IMG/VR virus record: IMGVR_UViG_3300032293_001706
Location: 32,001 to 96,000 of that record
From: a virus
Strand: one strand, 5' to 3'
DNA length: 64,000 nucleotides
Positions 8,054 to 18,512 of the stretch are shown here, piece after piece. Numbering within the stretch: position 1 is the stretch's first letter; every line of letters starts with the position of its first letter. Below the pieces are notes generated by a model, which was not told where the DNA came from, did no database searches, and was given only the letters and a program-made list of their open reading frames with translations. A program made the position numbers and the translations under genes.

Positions 8054-9976
8054 TTAACAATATGGTGGTGAACACCTTTTTTTACCATCCAATCCTTTAA
8101 TTTTACCTTTACATACTTGTACGGCGAAACCATTTGCATATGCAGAGGGGTAAACGTCAAATTTTGCTTTTGCTGCCGACTTTCCTCTTGAACATAATTT
8201 TGTTCCTGTTTTCTTTTTTCCTTCACTTATTTGAGGTAAAACTTTATCCAATACAGTTTCAGGGTCTTTATATGTATTTAATTTCTTTTTCATTTCACCA
8301 ATATCTTTGATTGCCGCCAAATAAGGAACCATAGAATCTTTAACTTTATCACTGAAAGGTAAAACTTTACTAAGTTCGTCCAATACAGATTCTAAAGATA
8401 ATGATGTTAAAATTGGCATCCCAAAAACATTAAAAATTTTAAACCCTGGAATTGCCATTTCACCAGCCGATTGTAACATATCAATAAAATCAACCTTTAA
8501 TTCATCTTCAACTTTATCAAATTCTTCCAATAAATTTTCAATTTCTTCACCACTTTCAAATTTCTTCTTTAAATCATAATATTTTTCCATATCATCATTT
8601 AATTCAGAATAATTTAAAATTATTGATGCCGCACCGACAGGAACATTTAAACCAGGTATTGAACCTAAAGTTGCTCTTACTTTATCACCAACTATGTTTG
8701 AGAGAATACCTCTCCAATCAAAATCTTCATTTATATTTCTCATATCATCTTTATTTAATTTTATTTCTTTTTCTATTTGAATAGATTTATTGTCGTACCA
8801 ATTACTAAAAAATTCAGAAACGTTGTTGATTTCATCACTTCTGTTAACAGCCATTTGGATTGCGAATGGGGAACTAAATGTATCTCTTCGGGCTTTCTTA
8901 ATAGGTCTTTTAATAATACTTTCTACCCATTTTTTTATATAAGGAACATACTTAGGACTTTCCATTAAAAAATATTTAAAAAGAGTATCAAAAAAAGTAA
9001 TATTATAATCTAATACACCTGATTTTTGTAATATAAAAATCCATTCATTTTTTTCAGGGATTATCATCCATATTATTTCCGATGACTTATCATAATATAT
9101 TTTTCCTTCAGATGTATAAAATTTAATAAATTCAAGTATTAAATCTCCACTAATTTTTGGTAATTTATCTTCATTTATATTTCCCATATCATCTTTATTT
9201 AATTTTATTTCTTTACCTAATTTAAGGATATTATTAACATTCACAATTTCGGGAAGAGTTGGCCAAACAATATCTTTAACCTCCTTTTGAAGGGTTTTTT
9301 CAACCCACTTTTTTACATACGGAACAAAATCAGGGTATTCCATCGAAACGTATCTGAAAATACTCTTAAAAACTCTTAAAGAACACCATAGATTACCTGA
9401 ATCATATAACGCAAATACCCATTGATTTTTTTCAGGGTTTATCATATATATTGTGTCGTTGCTATAGTTAGAATATAGTTTTGTATCAGATGTAAAATCA
9501 TCTAATAATTCGAATATAATTTCTTCATCGACTAATCGTGATTCTTCACTTTCATTAATATTTTCTTCTGAATTTAATTCGGTTCCTGATTGAAGGATTC
9601 TTTCAACCGATAAATTGTTATCTTTAAGATTTTCATAAGTGTATTTAATCCCTTTTTGAAGGGTTCTTTCAACCGCATGGATGCCGCGTATTCCGAGAGG
9701 TTCGGCGTAGTTAACCTCCTTTTGAAGGATTCTTTCAACCCACTTTTTGATATACGGGTTAAAATCAGGGTATTCCATCGATACGTATTTAAAAATTTTA
9801 ACGAAAACTGAATAATAATACAATAAACGACCTGTTTTTGTTAATTCAAATATCCATTTTTTTGTTTTTGGGTTTATCATCCATATGGATTCCGTTTCAT
9901 CATCATAATATAACTTTCCATCAGATGTAAAATCATCTAATAATTCAAATATTAAATCTTCATTGATTTTTTCCAT
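8054..9976 (-). CDS. Repeat-module protein with C-terminal PSAYANG (DUF5872-like) domain
   Basis: Three related ~120 aa modules starting INE(D/S)..IFELLDDFTSD, a fourth unrelated module, then KLCSRGKSAAKAKFDVYPSAYANG. Confidence 0.6.
   Translation of the reverse strand: MEKINEDLIFELLDDFTSDGKLYYDDETESIWMINPKTKKWIFELTKTGRLLYYYSVFVKIFKYVSMEYPDFNPYIKKWVERILQKEVNYAEPLGIRGIHAVERTLQKGIKYTYENLKDNNLSVERILQSGTELNSEENINESEESRLVDEEIIFELLDDFTSDTKLYSNYSNDTIYMINPEKNQWVFALYDSGNLWCSLRVFKSIFRYVSMEYPDFVPYVKKWVEKTLQKEVKDIVWPTLPEIVNVNNILKLGKEIKLNKDDMGNINEDKLPKISGDLILEFIKFYTSEGKIYYDKSSEIIWMIIPEKNEWIFILQKSGVLDYNITFFDTLFKYFLMESPKYVPYIKKWVESIIKRPIKKARRDTFSSPFAIQMAVNRSDEINNVSEFFSNWYDNKSIQIEKEIKLNKDDMRNINEDFDWRGILSNIVGDKVRATLGSIPGLNVPVGAASIILNYSELNDDMEKYYDLKKKFESGEEIENLLEEFDKVEDELKVDFIDMLQSAGEMAIPGFKIFNVFGMPILTSLSLESVLDELSKVLPFSDKVKDSMVPYLAAIKDIGEMKKKLNTYKDPETVLDKVLPQISEGKKKTGTKLCSRGKSAAKAKFDVYPSAYANGFAVQVCKGKIKGLDGKKRCSPPYC
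8724..9214. repeat. 47 bp direct repeat pair (8724-8770 and 9168-9214, 1 mismatch)
   Basis: tcttcatttatattt(ct/cc)catatcatctttatttaattttatttcttt occurs twice; encodes KEIKLNKDDM(R/G)NINED. Confidence 0.9.
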
Positions 9977-9984
9977 AATGAACT

Positions 9985-11484
9985 TTACTTATTATCGACA
10001 ATTTGAAATTTTAGTTGTCTTTTATAAGTATCAACCTCATCAGAAGTTAATACTTTAATATCAACAAAATATTCATTAGGTACTTTATCTTTTGTATCAA
10101 ACACAAAATAATATTCATTGGGTGTTTGATTGATTCTTGTCCAATCCTGAACTATAACTTCAGTAGGTCCTTCTGTTACATAAATTCTATAATAACACTT
10201 AAACTGAGGTAGTATTACATTTGATGAATATGCTTGTTTTACGGTAACAACAACTTTTCTAATATCAGTGTTTAATATTTTTTCATCTTGTCTAATTCCA
10301 CTAAAAGTAAACCCATATTCAACAGGGTCTTTAGCTAAAGTGCTTATTTGATAATATTCATTTGAAGGTCTTAGAATTAAATCATTTTCAATATTAGATA
10401 TTGTGACACCGTTTATTGTAATTCCCTTCCAAGTGTCTGTAAATTGACAAGGTGTTGAATATCCTGTTATTGGTGGTATTGTTACCTCATATACCCCTTG
10501 AGTTCTTAAAATGGTTGTTAATCCTGTAAACCCTGACATTAAATCTCCGTTTGAGTCAGAAATATCAACGGTAGGATTTGAATCAAAATTTGTTGGGACA
10601 CCTTGAATGTATGAGTACAAATAAAGCTTGTTTTCTTTATTTTCAAAAAACGCATTTCTATCGTCCAATATCAAATCATCATATGTTGTTTCAAGATATG
10701 GTTCATAAAATGTTTGTGTGTGTCTTGTAAAAAACCCAACGGAATAATTTTCGGTTAATCCTGAAAGATTTTCTAATGATGGAGAATAAGCGATTATCCA
10801 ACCAGTAATACCCGTTGTTGCACCTGTAAGATAATTATTTATCTCATCTGTCATATCAAATTCGATATTTTCATTACCATATTCAAAATGTTGCGTATCA
10901 ACTAAAGTGAGGGCTGAATAATTTATTTGTGTCCCTACACCTGAGTTATTATTAATATAAATTCCTGGTGTCGACCAACCACTCAATGTAGTTGCTCTAA
11001 ACCAATTCGAAGGTCTTGATGAATAACTTTGGTCAGAATCTCTATTTGGTTTATACGCTAAACTCGCATTACTTATACTAACATTATCCGTATCGTAATA
11101 ATCGTATCCAACACCTTCATCCCAATTTTGTGTTGCTCCCGTTAATCCACTTTTAGGTATTCTATATAAATTTAAATCAAAAGAGGTTGCTCTTCTTCTA
11201 CCTTCACTTGTTGTTGCATTCAATAAATCATAATTGAACATTATTGTATTGGTCATCTTTAACTTGTGACTTATTGGACTTCCTGTATATACAATACCAT
11301 TAGAAATCTTTTGTTGAAGTTGTGAAAGGTCAATATTGAAAATAAACCTCGAATACCCTGGAGGTGTTAATGTATTATCTACTCTACCGAAAAATAATTC
11401 AGTTACAGGATTTAATCCTGTGTTTCCCGAACTATTATAAATAATCGTGTTGTTTCTACTGAAATATGACTTATGAATTGACAT
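9985..11484 (-). CDS. Probable virion structural protein
   Basis: 499 aa, T/G/S/N-rich beta-type composition, TATTTAT upstream, next to the spike gene. Confidence 0.5.
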   Translation of the reverse strand: MSIHKSYFSRNNTIIYNSSGNTGLNPVTELFFGRVDNTLTPPGYSRFIFNIDLSQLQQKISNGIVYTGSPISHKLKMTNTIMFNYDLLNATTSEGRRRATSFDLNLYRIPKSGLTGATQNWDEGVGYDYYDTDNVSISNASLAYKPNRDSDQSYSSRPSNWFRATTLSGWSTPGIYINNNSGVGTQINYSALTLVDTQHFEYGNENIEFDMTDEINNYLTGATTGITGWIIAYSPSLENLSGLTENYSVGFFTRHTQTFYEPYLETTYDDLILDDRNAFFENKENKLYLYSYIQGVPTNFDSNPTVDISDSNGDLMSGFTGLTTILRTQGVYEVTIPPITGYSTPCQFTDTWKGITINGVTISNIENDLILRPSNEYYQISTLAKDPVEYGFTFSGIRQDEKILNTDIRKVVVTVKQAYSSNVILPQFKCYYRIYVTEGPTEVIVQDWTRINQTPNEYYFVFDTKDKVPNEYFVDIKVLTSDEVDTYKRQLKFQIVDNK

Positions 11485-11496
11485 TATATATAAATA

Positions 11497-13026
11497 TCAA
11501 TTAATCCTTAACTTTTCATTCAAAATGTTTTGATATCCATTAAAAATTTCAGTCAATATTTGTTGTGAAGTTGTTTGGTCTTTTGCAACAGGGTTTGGAG
11601 GCATATTATGATATGGGTGAACGTGGTTTAATAAGTATTTAACAATCAATTCTAATAGATTTAAAAGTTTTTCACCTCTTACCATTGAGTTGGTATTTGG
11701 ATATATATTATCCCAAATAAAGTCCTGTGGTAGAATATTGTCATTATATTCTTTAACGTCTTGGAAATTTATTGATAAAAGCCCGGGTATTTCAGATTCG
11801 TGTGATAATAAGAATATAAAATCCGAAGCGGTCATACCTATCGCTGTTGAGGTATTATTTATGTTAGGTCTTAATGTTGTTATTTCACGAGCCTCTTTTA
11901 ACGGACCTAAAGTATTTTTTTCTGAAACGAGCCCATAACCTCTGGTTGTATCAGTTTCATTTAAAAAAACATTTCGTATAAACTTATTTGCATTTAAGTT
12001 TTCAACCCCTATTGAATTAATTGATTTATCATAGAGTTGTTTACTAGGCTGAAATACGAATGGGAATTGTTTTAATGTACTACTTACAATATTATCTTTC
12101 AATCCTATTTTACCGTTGTTAAGATTAATGATGAGTTCTTTAATCCCGTCCGTAATTGTTTTAAAACTTTCGTTTAAATAGTCTTTTCTAAAAATAGGGC
12201 CTATTTTTGAATCATCTGAAACTTCAAAATATTTAGATTCTGTAAATGCTGAGGTATTAATCGAATTAAATGGTGATATACTATAAAGTTCTATATACCC
12301 TGAAAAATTACCATCTTCAGTTCCTAAGCCACCATATACATTATATTCTATTAAATAATTTAAATTTTGATAAACACTTATAGTAGCGGTACTGGTTTCA
12401 ACAGTAGAATCAGTTTTCCTATTTTCATAATGTTGAAGCATGGTAAAACTATTTCTTTTATTAAATGTTACCCCTTCATTAGTTCTAAATTCTTTATTTA
12501 CACGTGCAATGAATCCATTTTTTGGTAACATTACATCAGAATTATTTCTACCTAATAAAGATACTGTTGAAGGCACTGGATATAGTCCTTGATTGTTTGG
12601 TTTTGTTGGTATTGATGTTTGAGGGATAATTTTACCTTGAGTAGGTTTATTTCTTTCACCTAATGCTAATCCATTAACCATTGAGTTAAATGTATCGTTG
12701 TCTAAATTATCGATGCTTGAGAAATTTCCTTGAATGTAAAATCTGTTATTTTCAGGATATTTTTTATCGTAGAAAATAATGTGAACAAATTCTTTTTCTT
12801 TGGGAACTTGATATAAAAATATTGGAAGTAGAGGATAAACAAGAAATGGGTCTTTTAATGTCCATTTATCATTTATATTGTCTAATTCTCCTACAGGTAA
12901 AGCTCTGTTATATGATTGAACTTGCCAATCTTTTGGAACACATCTAATTCTACCTAAATTTAAGGGGTCATTTACATCAATAACTTCACCATAATAAATC
13001 GTTCTATTAACATCAAGACCATTCAT
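11497..13026 (-). CDS. Baseplate central spike/hub (gp5/VgrG OB-fold N-terminus)
   Basis: GEVIDVNDPLNLGRIRC at the N-terminus; NHVHPY HxH metal-binding tip motif near the C-terminus. Confidence 0.7.
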   Translation of the reverse strand: MNGLDVNRTIYYGEVIDVNDPLNLGRIRCVPKDWQVQSYNRALPVGELDNINDKWTLKDPFLVYPLLPIFLYQVPKEKEFVHIIFYDKKYPENNRFYIQGNFSSIDNLDNDTFNSMVNGLALGERNKPTQGKIIPQTSIPTKPNNQGLYPVPSTVSLLGRNNSDVMLPKNGFIARVNKEFRTNEGVTFNKRNSFTMLQHYENRKTDSTVETSTATISVYQNLNYLIEYNVYGGLGTEDGNFSGYIELYSISPFNSINTSAFTESKYFEVSDDSKIGPIFRKDYLNESFKTITDGIKELIINLNNGKIGLKDNIVSSTLKQFPFVFQPSKQLYDKSINSIGVENLNANKFIRNVFLNETDTTRGYGLVSEKNTLGPLKEAREITTLRPNINNTSTAIGMTASDFIFLLSHESEIPGLLSINFQDVKEYNDNILPQDFIWDNIYPNTNSMVRGEKLLNLLELIVKYLLNHVHPYHNMPPNPVAKDQTTSQQILTEIFNGYQNILNEKLRIN

Positions 13027-13223
13027 TTTTTAATTCTTTTCTTATATTCTTCCAAAAGTTTATTATAGTCAGATTCTATATTATCTAAATCGTAAGTTAA
13101 ATCAATTATTAATTTTTTTGTTTCATCATGTTTTTCAGATAAAAAATCCAAAGAAGATAAAATTTCATTATTGGATTTATTATTTCTATCTTTAACTATT
13201 TCTTCGATTATTTTCTTATTCAT
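13023..13223 (-). CDS. Small coiled-coil hypothetical protein
   Basis: 66 aa, ATGA-type coupling to the spike gene. Confidence 0.55.
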   Translation of the reverse strand: MNKKIIEEIVKDRNNKSNNEILSSLDFLSEKHDETKKLIIDLTYDLDNIESDYNKLLEEYKKRIKK

Positions 13224-13224
13224 A

Positions 13225-15198
13225 TTATTCTAAATTACCAAATAAGTTAATTATTGGTTTTGTACCTGTTGATAACGCTGCAACATCTAAAGAACTAATA
13301 CCAACGCTCACTTTGCCGTTTTCTGCAACTTCATCAATGATAGTTTGATAAATACTTCTTTGTACAAGTATTCCTGTATTAGGAGAACCATCAGGCATGT
13401 CACCAGTATCTACACCATTTTTTTCCAATTCTTCGATGTATCTTGTTAATAATGAAGTTGTTGACATGCCTGGTTTAACAGAAGATAAAGTATTCCATAG
13501 AGGGTTATTACCCCCTGTCGTTAACCTTAATAACCTTTGAGACAATGAAAGTAGTCTTTGAAGTTCGTCAATTACGTTTTGACATCTCCTGTAGTCTTCA
13601 ATACCCTGTATAATACTTAAACCAATATTGATGCCATCTAATATTGCTTTTACGTTTTTCTTTTTTTTAATTAAAATCTCATTAAGTTGTTGATTTACTA
13701 AATCATTAACAATTCTCTTATAATTCTTTTTTATTTCTTTCACCAATTCTTCAACAAAAATTGTACTTATTTTTGATACAATATTCATTAAAAATTTCTT
13801 ATATATTCTTACAAACCCATCAATCGAATCTGCCGATAATTCATTAGGTTTTAACGCCTTTTGCATTACAATAAATGGGAAGATATGTTTAGGCGATAAA
13901 ATAGTATTAACAACCGAAAGAATAACTACCTTTAAAAATTCTTTATTAATTGTTACATCTAAACCCGTTTGTATTTTTGCTTTCCACTCAGGATTATTAG
14001 ATAAACTATTAATCATGTTTTCAGCTAAGAAATCAGGGTCATTTGTGATTAAATTTTGGTCATTAAAAGGGTCTAATAAATTAAGAATTAATGAATTATT
14101 TACATTTAATTTAATATTGGCACAATCCGAAAACTCAATAACCCCTTCATTAAAATTTTTTACTTTTTGTTCGATTTCTAAATTGTCAATATCATTAAGT
14201 AATATTAAATTTGTATCCGCTTGGTCTAATTGGTCTAATTTACCAACACCTGAAACATCAATTTCTTGTTTATTGTCAAAACACATACCCAAAAGTCTTT
14301 GGATTAGTATCTCCCATTTAAATTGTTCTCTAGATTGGTTATCCGCAAATTTCTTATTTATTGATATAACGCCTGTTAAAGCATTAAGAACATTAGTATA
14401 AACTTCTTTTATATTAACAACATCGATGGTTAAATAGTAGTCACCTAAAAATTCAACAACCTTATTACCGTTAAAACGAGGTTGTAATTCTACTTTAAAG
14501 AAATCCCCATCAACATTATTGTTATCTTTGGTAACATATGTTATATTAAATAAGTTTTGATTTGTCTTGCCTCTGAAAAGAGTGTTATATTCATCTAAAT
14601 AACTAACACCTTTTTTTTGTATTCTATTGTGTAGTTCTCGATTAAAAGAATATGGTGTTACAAACGGATTAAAATCCAAATTTTCATATAAATATTGTCC
14701 AGGTTTTTCAGTTGGACTATATTGTAACATATTACCGAATATGTCAATTGAGCTGACGGGTATATATAAAATTTCTGATTTAAATTCTTGTTCTTGTGAA
14801 CATCCTAAAGAGGAAATAATCTCATCCTGTAATATATTTTGTATACGACCTCTAGTTGTACGTATAGTACGAATAAATAATTGTTTAATTTCATTTAAAG
14901 TATTACTATCACCATTATTACTTATCGAATTAATTGCTAAATCAATTAAAGAATCTATCTGTGTTTTACCTTGATTTTGAAAGTTTTTTACATTGTTCTT
15001 GGTCCCTGAAAGAAAAGATTCATATTTTGCCTTATATGACGCTTCTTTATTATCTAAATTATCAGAATATACTGAAACACCACTATTTATTCTTTTGCGT
15101 AATTCTGATTGCTGAGCATTTATTTTATTTGCTGTTTTAAAGGCAGAATACTTCTTTTGAATATTTTGATATTGTTCACCTTGTGATTGTTCCGGCAT
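13225..15198 (-). CDS. Hypothetical protein (probably virion-associated)
   Basis: 657 aa ORF co-oriented with the spike gene; no family recognised. Confidence 0.5.
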   Translation of the reverse strand: MPEQSQGEQYQNIQKKYSAFKTANKINAQQSELRKRINSGVSVYSDNLDNKEASYKAKYESFLSGTKNNVKNFQNQGKTQIDSLIDLAINSISNNGDSNTLNEIKQLFIRTIRTTRGRIQNILQDEIISSLGCSQEQEFKSEILYIPVSSIDIFGNMLQYSPTEKPGQYLYENLDFNPFVTPYSFNRELHNRIQKKGVSYLDEYNTLFRGKTNQNLFNITYVTKDNNNVDGDFFKVELQPRFNGNKVVEFLGDYYLTIDVVNIKEVYTNVLNALTGVISINKKFADNQSREQFKWEILIQRLLGMCFDNKQEIDVSGVGKLDQLDQADTNLILLNDIDNLEIEQKVKNFNEGVIEFSDCANIKLNVNNSLILNLLDPFNDQNLITNDPDFLAENMINSLSNNPEWKAKIQTGLDVTINKEFLKVVILSVVNTILSPKHIFPFIVMQKALKPNELSADSIDGFVRIYKKFLMNIVSKISTIFVEELVKEIKKNYKRIVNDLVNQQLNEILIKKKKNVKAILDGINIGLSIIQGIEDYRRCQNVIDELQRLLSLSQRLLRLTTGGNNPLWNTLSSVKPGMSTTSLLTRYIEELEKNGVDTGDMPDGSPNTGILVQRSIYQTIIDEVAENGKVSVGISSLDVAALSTGTKPIINLFGNLE

Positions 15199-15207
15199 AG
15201 TAAATTA

Positions 15208-15585
15208 TTACTTATTTAATTTATACTGACCGTCACCACCAGTTTGTTCTATATCTTTTTTAAGTAGGTCTTGTATTAAGTTATCATCAATATCAGAAAA
15301 AGAAAAATCTTCAGCAATTTTATTTTGTGATTTTTCCCAAATGTTGGACTGTAATTTAGATAATGTTAATTTCTTTTCTACAGTATCATTTATAATTTTC
15401 TGTTGTTCTTTAATTATAGGTCCAATTATTGCCATGTCGGAAGAATCCTTCATCATTGACAACATTTTGTTTTGAATTCTTATTGCGGTTGCTCTTTGTT
15501 CAACAAGTTCATTATATATTTCTTGCATTAAAGCTAAAACCGATTCTTTATTTAACGATATTTCTTTTTTCTTAGGTCTTGTCAT
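15208..15585 (-). CDS. Hypothetical protein
   Basis: 125 aa helical ORF; TATTTAT motif at 15589-15597 directly upstream. Confidence 0.55.
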   Translation of the reverse strand: MTRPKKKEISLNKESVLALMQEIYNELVEQRATAIRIQNKMLSMMKDSSDMAIIGPIIKEQQKIINDTVEKKLTLSKLQSNIWEKSQNKIAEDFSFSDIDDNLIQDLLKKDIEQTGGDGQYKLNK

Positions 15586-15611
15586 ACCTATAAATATTTG
15601 TTATTCGGTTT

Positions 15612-16367
15612 TTACCTATTATCTATCTTTTTAACAAATTCGAAATAAAGTTTTTTAAATTTTTTCATACTTACTCTTATTTCTTTTGTTGAAAGATTCG
15701 TCATCTCCCTCAAAGAGAGCAAAACTATATTCTTGTTAAATTTTTTATTGTCTGTACCAACAAAAATGTTTTCATAGTTTTCAAATAAATCAATCAATGA
15801 TTGACCTAACCTTTGTTCATTTTCATTCAAATTATGGGTAATGATAAAGGTTTTTAGATTATTTCTATAATCTGTAATTATTTTTTCAGAGTCAACAACC
15901 TCTCTATCAATATAGTAGACCATATCAGGTCTATTTTCTAAATCGCTTGAAATGTCTTCGTATGATATTTTTCTATTTGTATCTTTTTGGTCTTTAATTA
16001 TTTGACCCATTAGATAATTTTTGCAAATTGTACCAAAATAAGAATAAGCCTTTTTATTTTTATCTGGTATAAATCTGTCTGATTTTGTAATTAAGAATGA
16101 ATGTGTGTCATTTAAAATCTCTTCGAAAGTCATGTCTTTACGAAATAACTTATACCTTCTAATAATTGAGGACACCATTTTTTCAATTGGTGCCCTCAAA
16201 AATTCATTGTAGATAAGATTTCTTTCTTCTATTGTATCCGCTTGTAAAAATAATATTACAGCGTTTTCTTCCCGTTCATCAAAATAATTTGATGTTGGTT
16301 TAGGCTTTCTACCTCTTTTGTTTTCGTTGGTATAATTTGTACCAGAATATGATTCTGCTGCTGGCAT
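15612..16367 (-). CDS. Phage sigma factor-like protein (gp55-like)
   Basis: Region-2-like segment EEILNDTHSFL..F.PDKNKKAYSYFGTICKNYL parallels gp55-type F...K...AY.T....N.F; C-terminal HTH-like segment. Confidence 0.6.
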   Translation of the reverse strand: MPAAESYSGTNYTNENKRGRKPKPTSNYFDEREENAVILFLQADTIEERNLIYNEFLRAPIEKMVSSIIRRYKLFRKDMTFEEILNDTHSFLITKSDRFIPDKNKKAYSYFGTICKNYLMGQIIKDQKDTNRKISYEDISSDLENRPDMVYYIDREVVDSEKIITDYRNNLKTFIITHNLNENEQRLGQSLIDLFENYENIFVGTDNKKFNKNIVLLSLREMTNLSTKEIRVSMKKFKKLYFEFVKKIDNR

Positions 16368-17167
16368 TAACCATTGGTTTCTTCATATTTTATATTTCTA
16401 TCACTTGTAAAGAAATATTCTTTTTTTGCCGAATCAATCCAAAACTTCGCCTCATTTTCGGTAATTTTGTTTTGCCCAAACTTGTAATTCCAAAATATTG
16501 AGGATTCTCTAAGATTAACATGTTTGTATCCGATTCTTGGAATAGTCATAATTCTTACAGAATTATATGTCATCCTCAACAAGAATTCATAGACAAATGT
16601 GAGTTTCATTGATTTTTTAAATCCTCCAAAATCTTGAAATTTTGATTTTCTTAAAACCATACCACTAGATTGGAAATTTTGATATTCATTTAATAATTCA
16701 TTGGTTAAAATTCCAATTTCGGGATTAAACGATGCTGCAAAAGTTGCCTCATTTGTATATCCCGCAAATGAACCTTTTTCATCAACATCAACAACCAAGG
16801 GTAAAAAACCATCACATTCAGGGTGTGCGTTGATATAATTCCTAACATTTTTAAACCATATAGATGAATATTCATCGTCAAATTCAAAGATTGAAATCCA
16901 TTCTGAGGATGAGTTTTCAACACCTAAATTAATCTGTGACTGAAAATCAGTGTCACTTGATGTGTTTACAACTTTAATAACATTCAAGTCACCAAAATCA
17001 AATTCGTTTATAAATGTTGTTAATTTTTCATCATCAGTGTGAACTAATACTAATTCATCTACCTTTGATTGTTGTCTTTGTATAGATTCAATACTTTTTG
17101 TAAAGAATTCTGTAAAATCTCTTGAATGAGTTGATGATACAGGTAATATAACTGATATTGTTGACAT
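16367..17167 (-). CDS. Glycosyltransferase family 2-like
   Basis: ISVILPV start, QINLGVE..EWISIFEFDDEY DxD-type motif. Confidence 0.75.
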   Translation of the reverse strand: MSTISVILPVSSTHSRDFTEFFTKSIESIQRQQSKVDELVLVHTDDEKLTTFINEFDFGDLNVIKVVNTSSDTDFQSQINLGVENSSSEWISIFEFDDEYSSIWFKNVRNYINAHPECDGFLPLVVDVDEKGSFAGYTNEATFAASFNPEIGILTNELLNEYQNFQSSGMVLRKSKFQDFGGFKKSMKLTFVYEFLLRMTYNSVRIMTIPRIGYKHVNLRESSIFWNYKFGQNKITENEAKFWIDSAKKEYFFTSDRNIKYEETNG

Positions 17168-17172
17168 AATTA

Positions 17173-18231
17173 TTAATTTTCTTCGTTAATTTTATTTAAT
17201 TGAGTTTCAAATATTTCCAATCTTTTACTGTTAAAATCACTAAATAAGTTGACAGTTTTATTTTCAAAAGATTCAAAATCTGAATATTTTTCAGCGGTAC
17301 TTAACCCTGATTCATATAGTTTTTCAGCAATGTTGTCTTCAAGCCAATTTTGAATAAATTCGGCCAAAATATCGACAATAGCATTAGTGTTATTTGTCCA
17401 TATTCCATTATCTTCGTTCATCCATTCTGGTTTAATATTTGGTATTTTACCAATGACAGGTGTATTTGTCCTCATAGATTCCAATGGGAATGTACCAAAT
17501 CCTGAAATATCATCAACCCATACAGAAACAAATGAATCTTTTAGTAATTCTGAAAATTCAAGTTGACTAACACCCCTCATATCTCTAAAAGTAATCCATC
17601 TAAATTGAGGATATTTTAGATAAAAAGTTTTAATGATTTTCATTGTGTCCCGTTGGTCTCTAGTATGTACGGACACTATCGGTTTTGCAGGTATTGTTTT
17701 TTTCTGAAATGACTCAGGTATTACAGGTGAAACAACGTCAAAAGAAATATTTTTCATTACTTCTGATATGTATTTCACTTGTTCTTCAGAAGTTGTGATA
17801 CATTTTAAGAAACCATATTGTGACCAGCTTGCACCAGGTGGTAGAGTTTCCATCATATAATCATATGATTGACACAATACAATTTTTCCACAAGCATATT
17901 TTCCTAATTGCTCAATAACGTGACCATACAACTCAGGAACTACCAATATATCTTCAGGTGAAATTTCCAAATTCTGACCTTCAATTGCCTTATGTGGAAT
18001 TTCCATGTATTTATCATCCAACCAAGAACCAACTCCTTTATAGTCGTTTTGTTCGTGAATTACTATTACATTTAAACCTCTTTTAAATAACACATATGAC
18101 ATCTCATAGATATACCTAATAGATGCTTTCGCATTACCTTTTGTATCCTGTACAAGAAAATAAATTCTATTTTTGTTTTCTTTAAGGATGTTAATTGAAT
18201 TTTGTAGTTTTTCTTTAAAATCAGTATTCAT
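17173..18231 (-). CDS. GT-B fold glycosyltransferase
   Basis: DILVVPE, DDISGFGTFPLESM..TPVIG (GT4-like C-terminal motif). Confidence 0.72.
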   Translation of the reverse strand: MNTDFKEKLQNSINILKENKNRIYFLVQDTKGNAKASIRYIYEMSYVLFKRGLNVIVIHEQNDYKGVGSWLDDKYMEIPHKAIEGQNLEISPEDILVVPELYGHVIEQLGKYACGKIVLCQSYDYMMETLPPGASWSQYGFLKCITTSEEQVKYISEVMKNISFDVVSPVIPESFQKKTIPAKPIVSVHTRDQRDTMKIIKTFYLKYPQFRWITFRDMRGVSQLEFSELLKDSFVSVWVDDISGFGTFPLESMRTNTPVIGKIPNIKPEWMNEDNGIWTNNTNAIVDILAEFIQNWLEDNIAEKLYESGLSTAEKYSDFESFENKTVNLFSDFNSKRLEIFETQLNKINEEN

Positions 18232-18232
18232 A

Positions 18233-18502
18233 TTAAAATTTTGTAATTATTTTATTTGCAAATAATGTATTGAACGCAAATTTAAAGGGTAAACTCATGT
18301 CTTTAACAGAATGAGCTCCCAAGGTAGTATCAACGACCTCATTTTCACTCATAATAACATCTATCATTGTTTTTACCAATTCAAATTTAACAATACTCAT
18401 GTTTTGTTCTGAATCTCCACTAACTGTTCCAGGTAGAGAGATTATTTCTTGAACCTTATCAATATCGATAAAGTAATTTTCGTCAAATATTTCAATCATC
18501 AT
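18233..18502 (-). CDS. Hypothetical protein (likely start 18502; ORF track extends to 18547)
   Basis: ATG at 18502 follows the stop of the HAD gene at 18513. Confidence 0.55.
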   Translation of the reverse strand: MMIEIFDENYFIDIDKVQEIISLPGTVSGDSEQNMSIVKFELVKTMIDVIMSENEVVDTTLGAHSVKDMSLPFKFAFNTLFANKIITKF

Positions 18503-18512
18503 ATTATTATAA

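Noticed and set aside
8054-9976. Diversity-generating retroelement template/variable repeat pair
   Set aside because: No reverse transcriptase in the window, and repeat differences are not confined to adenines.
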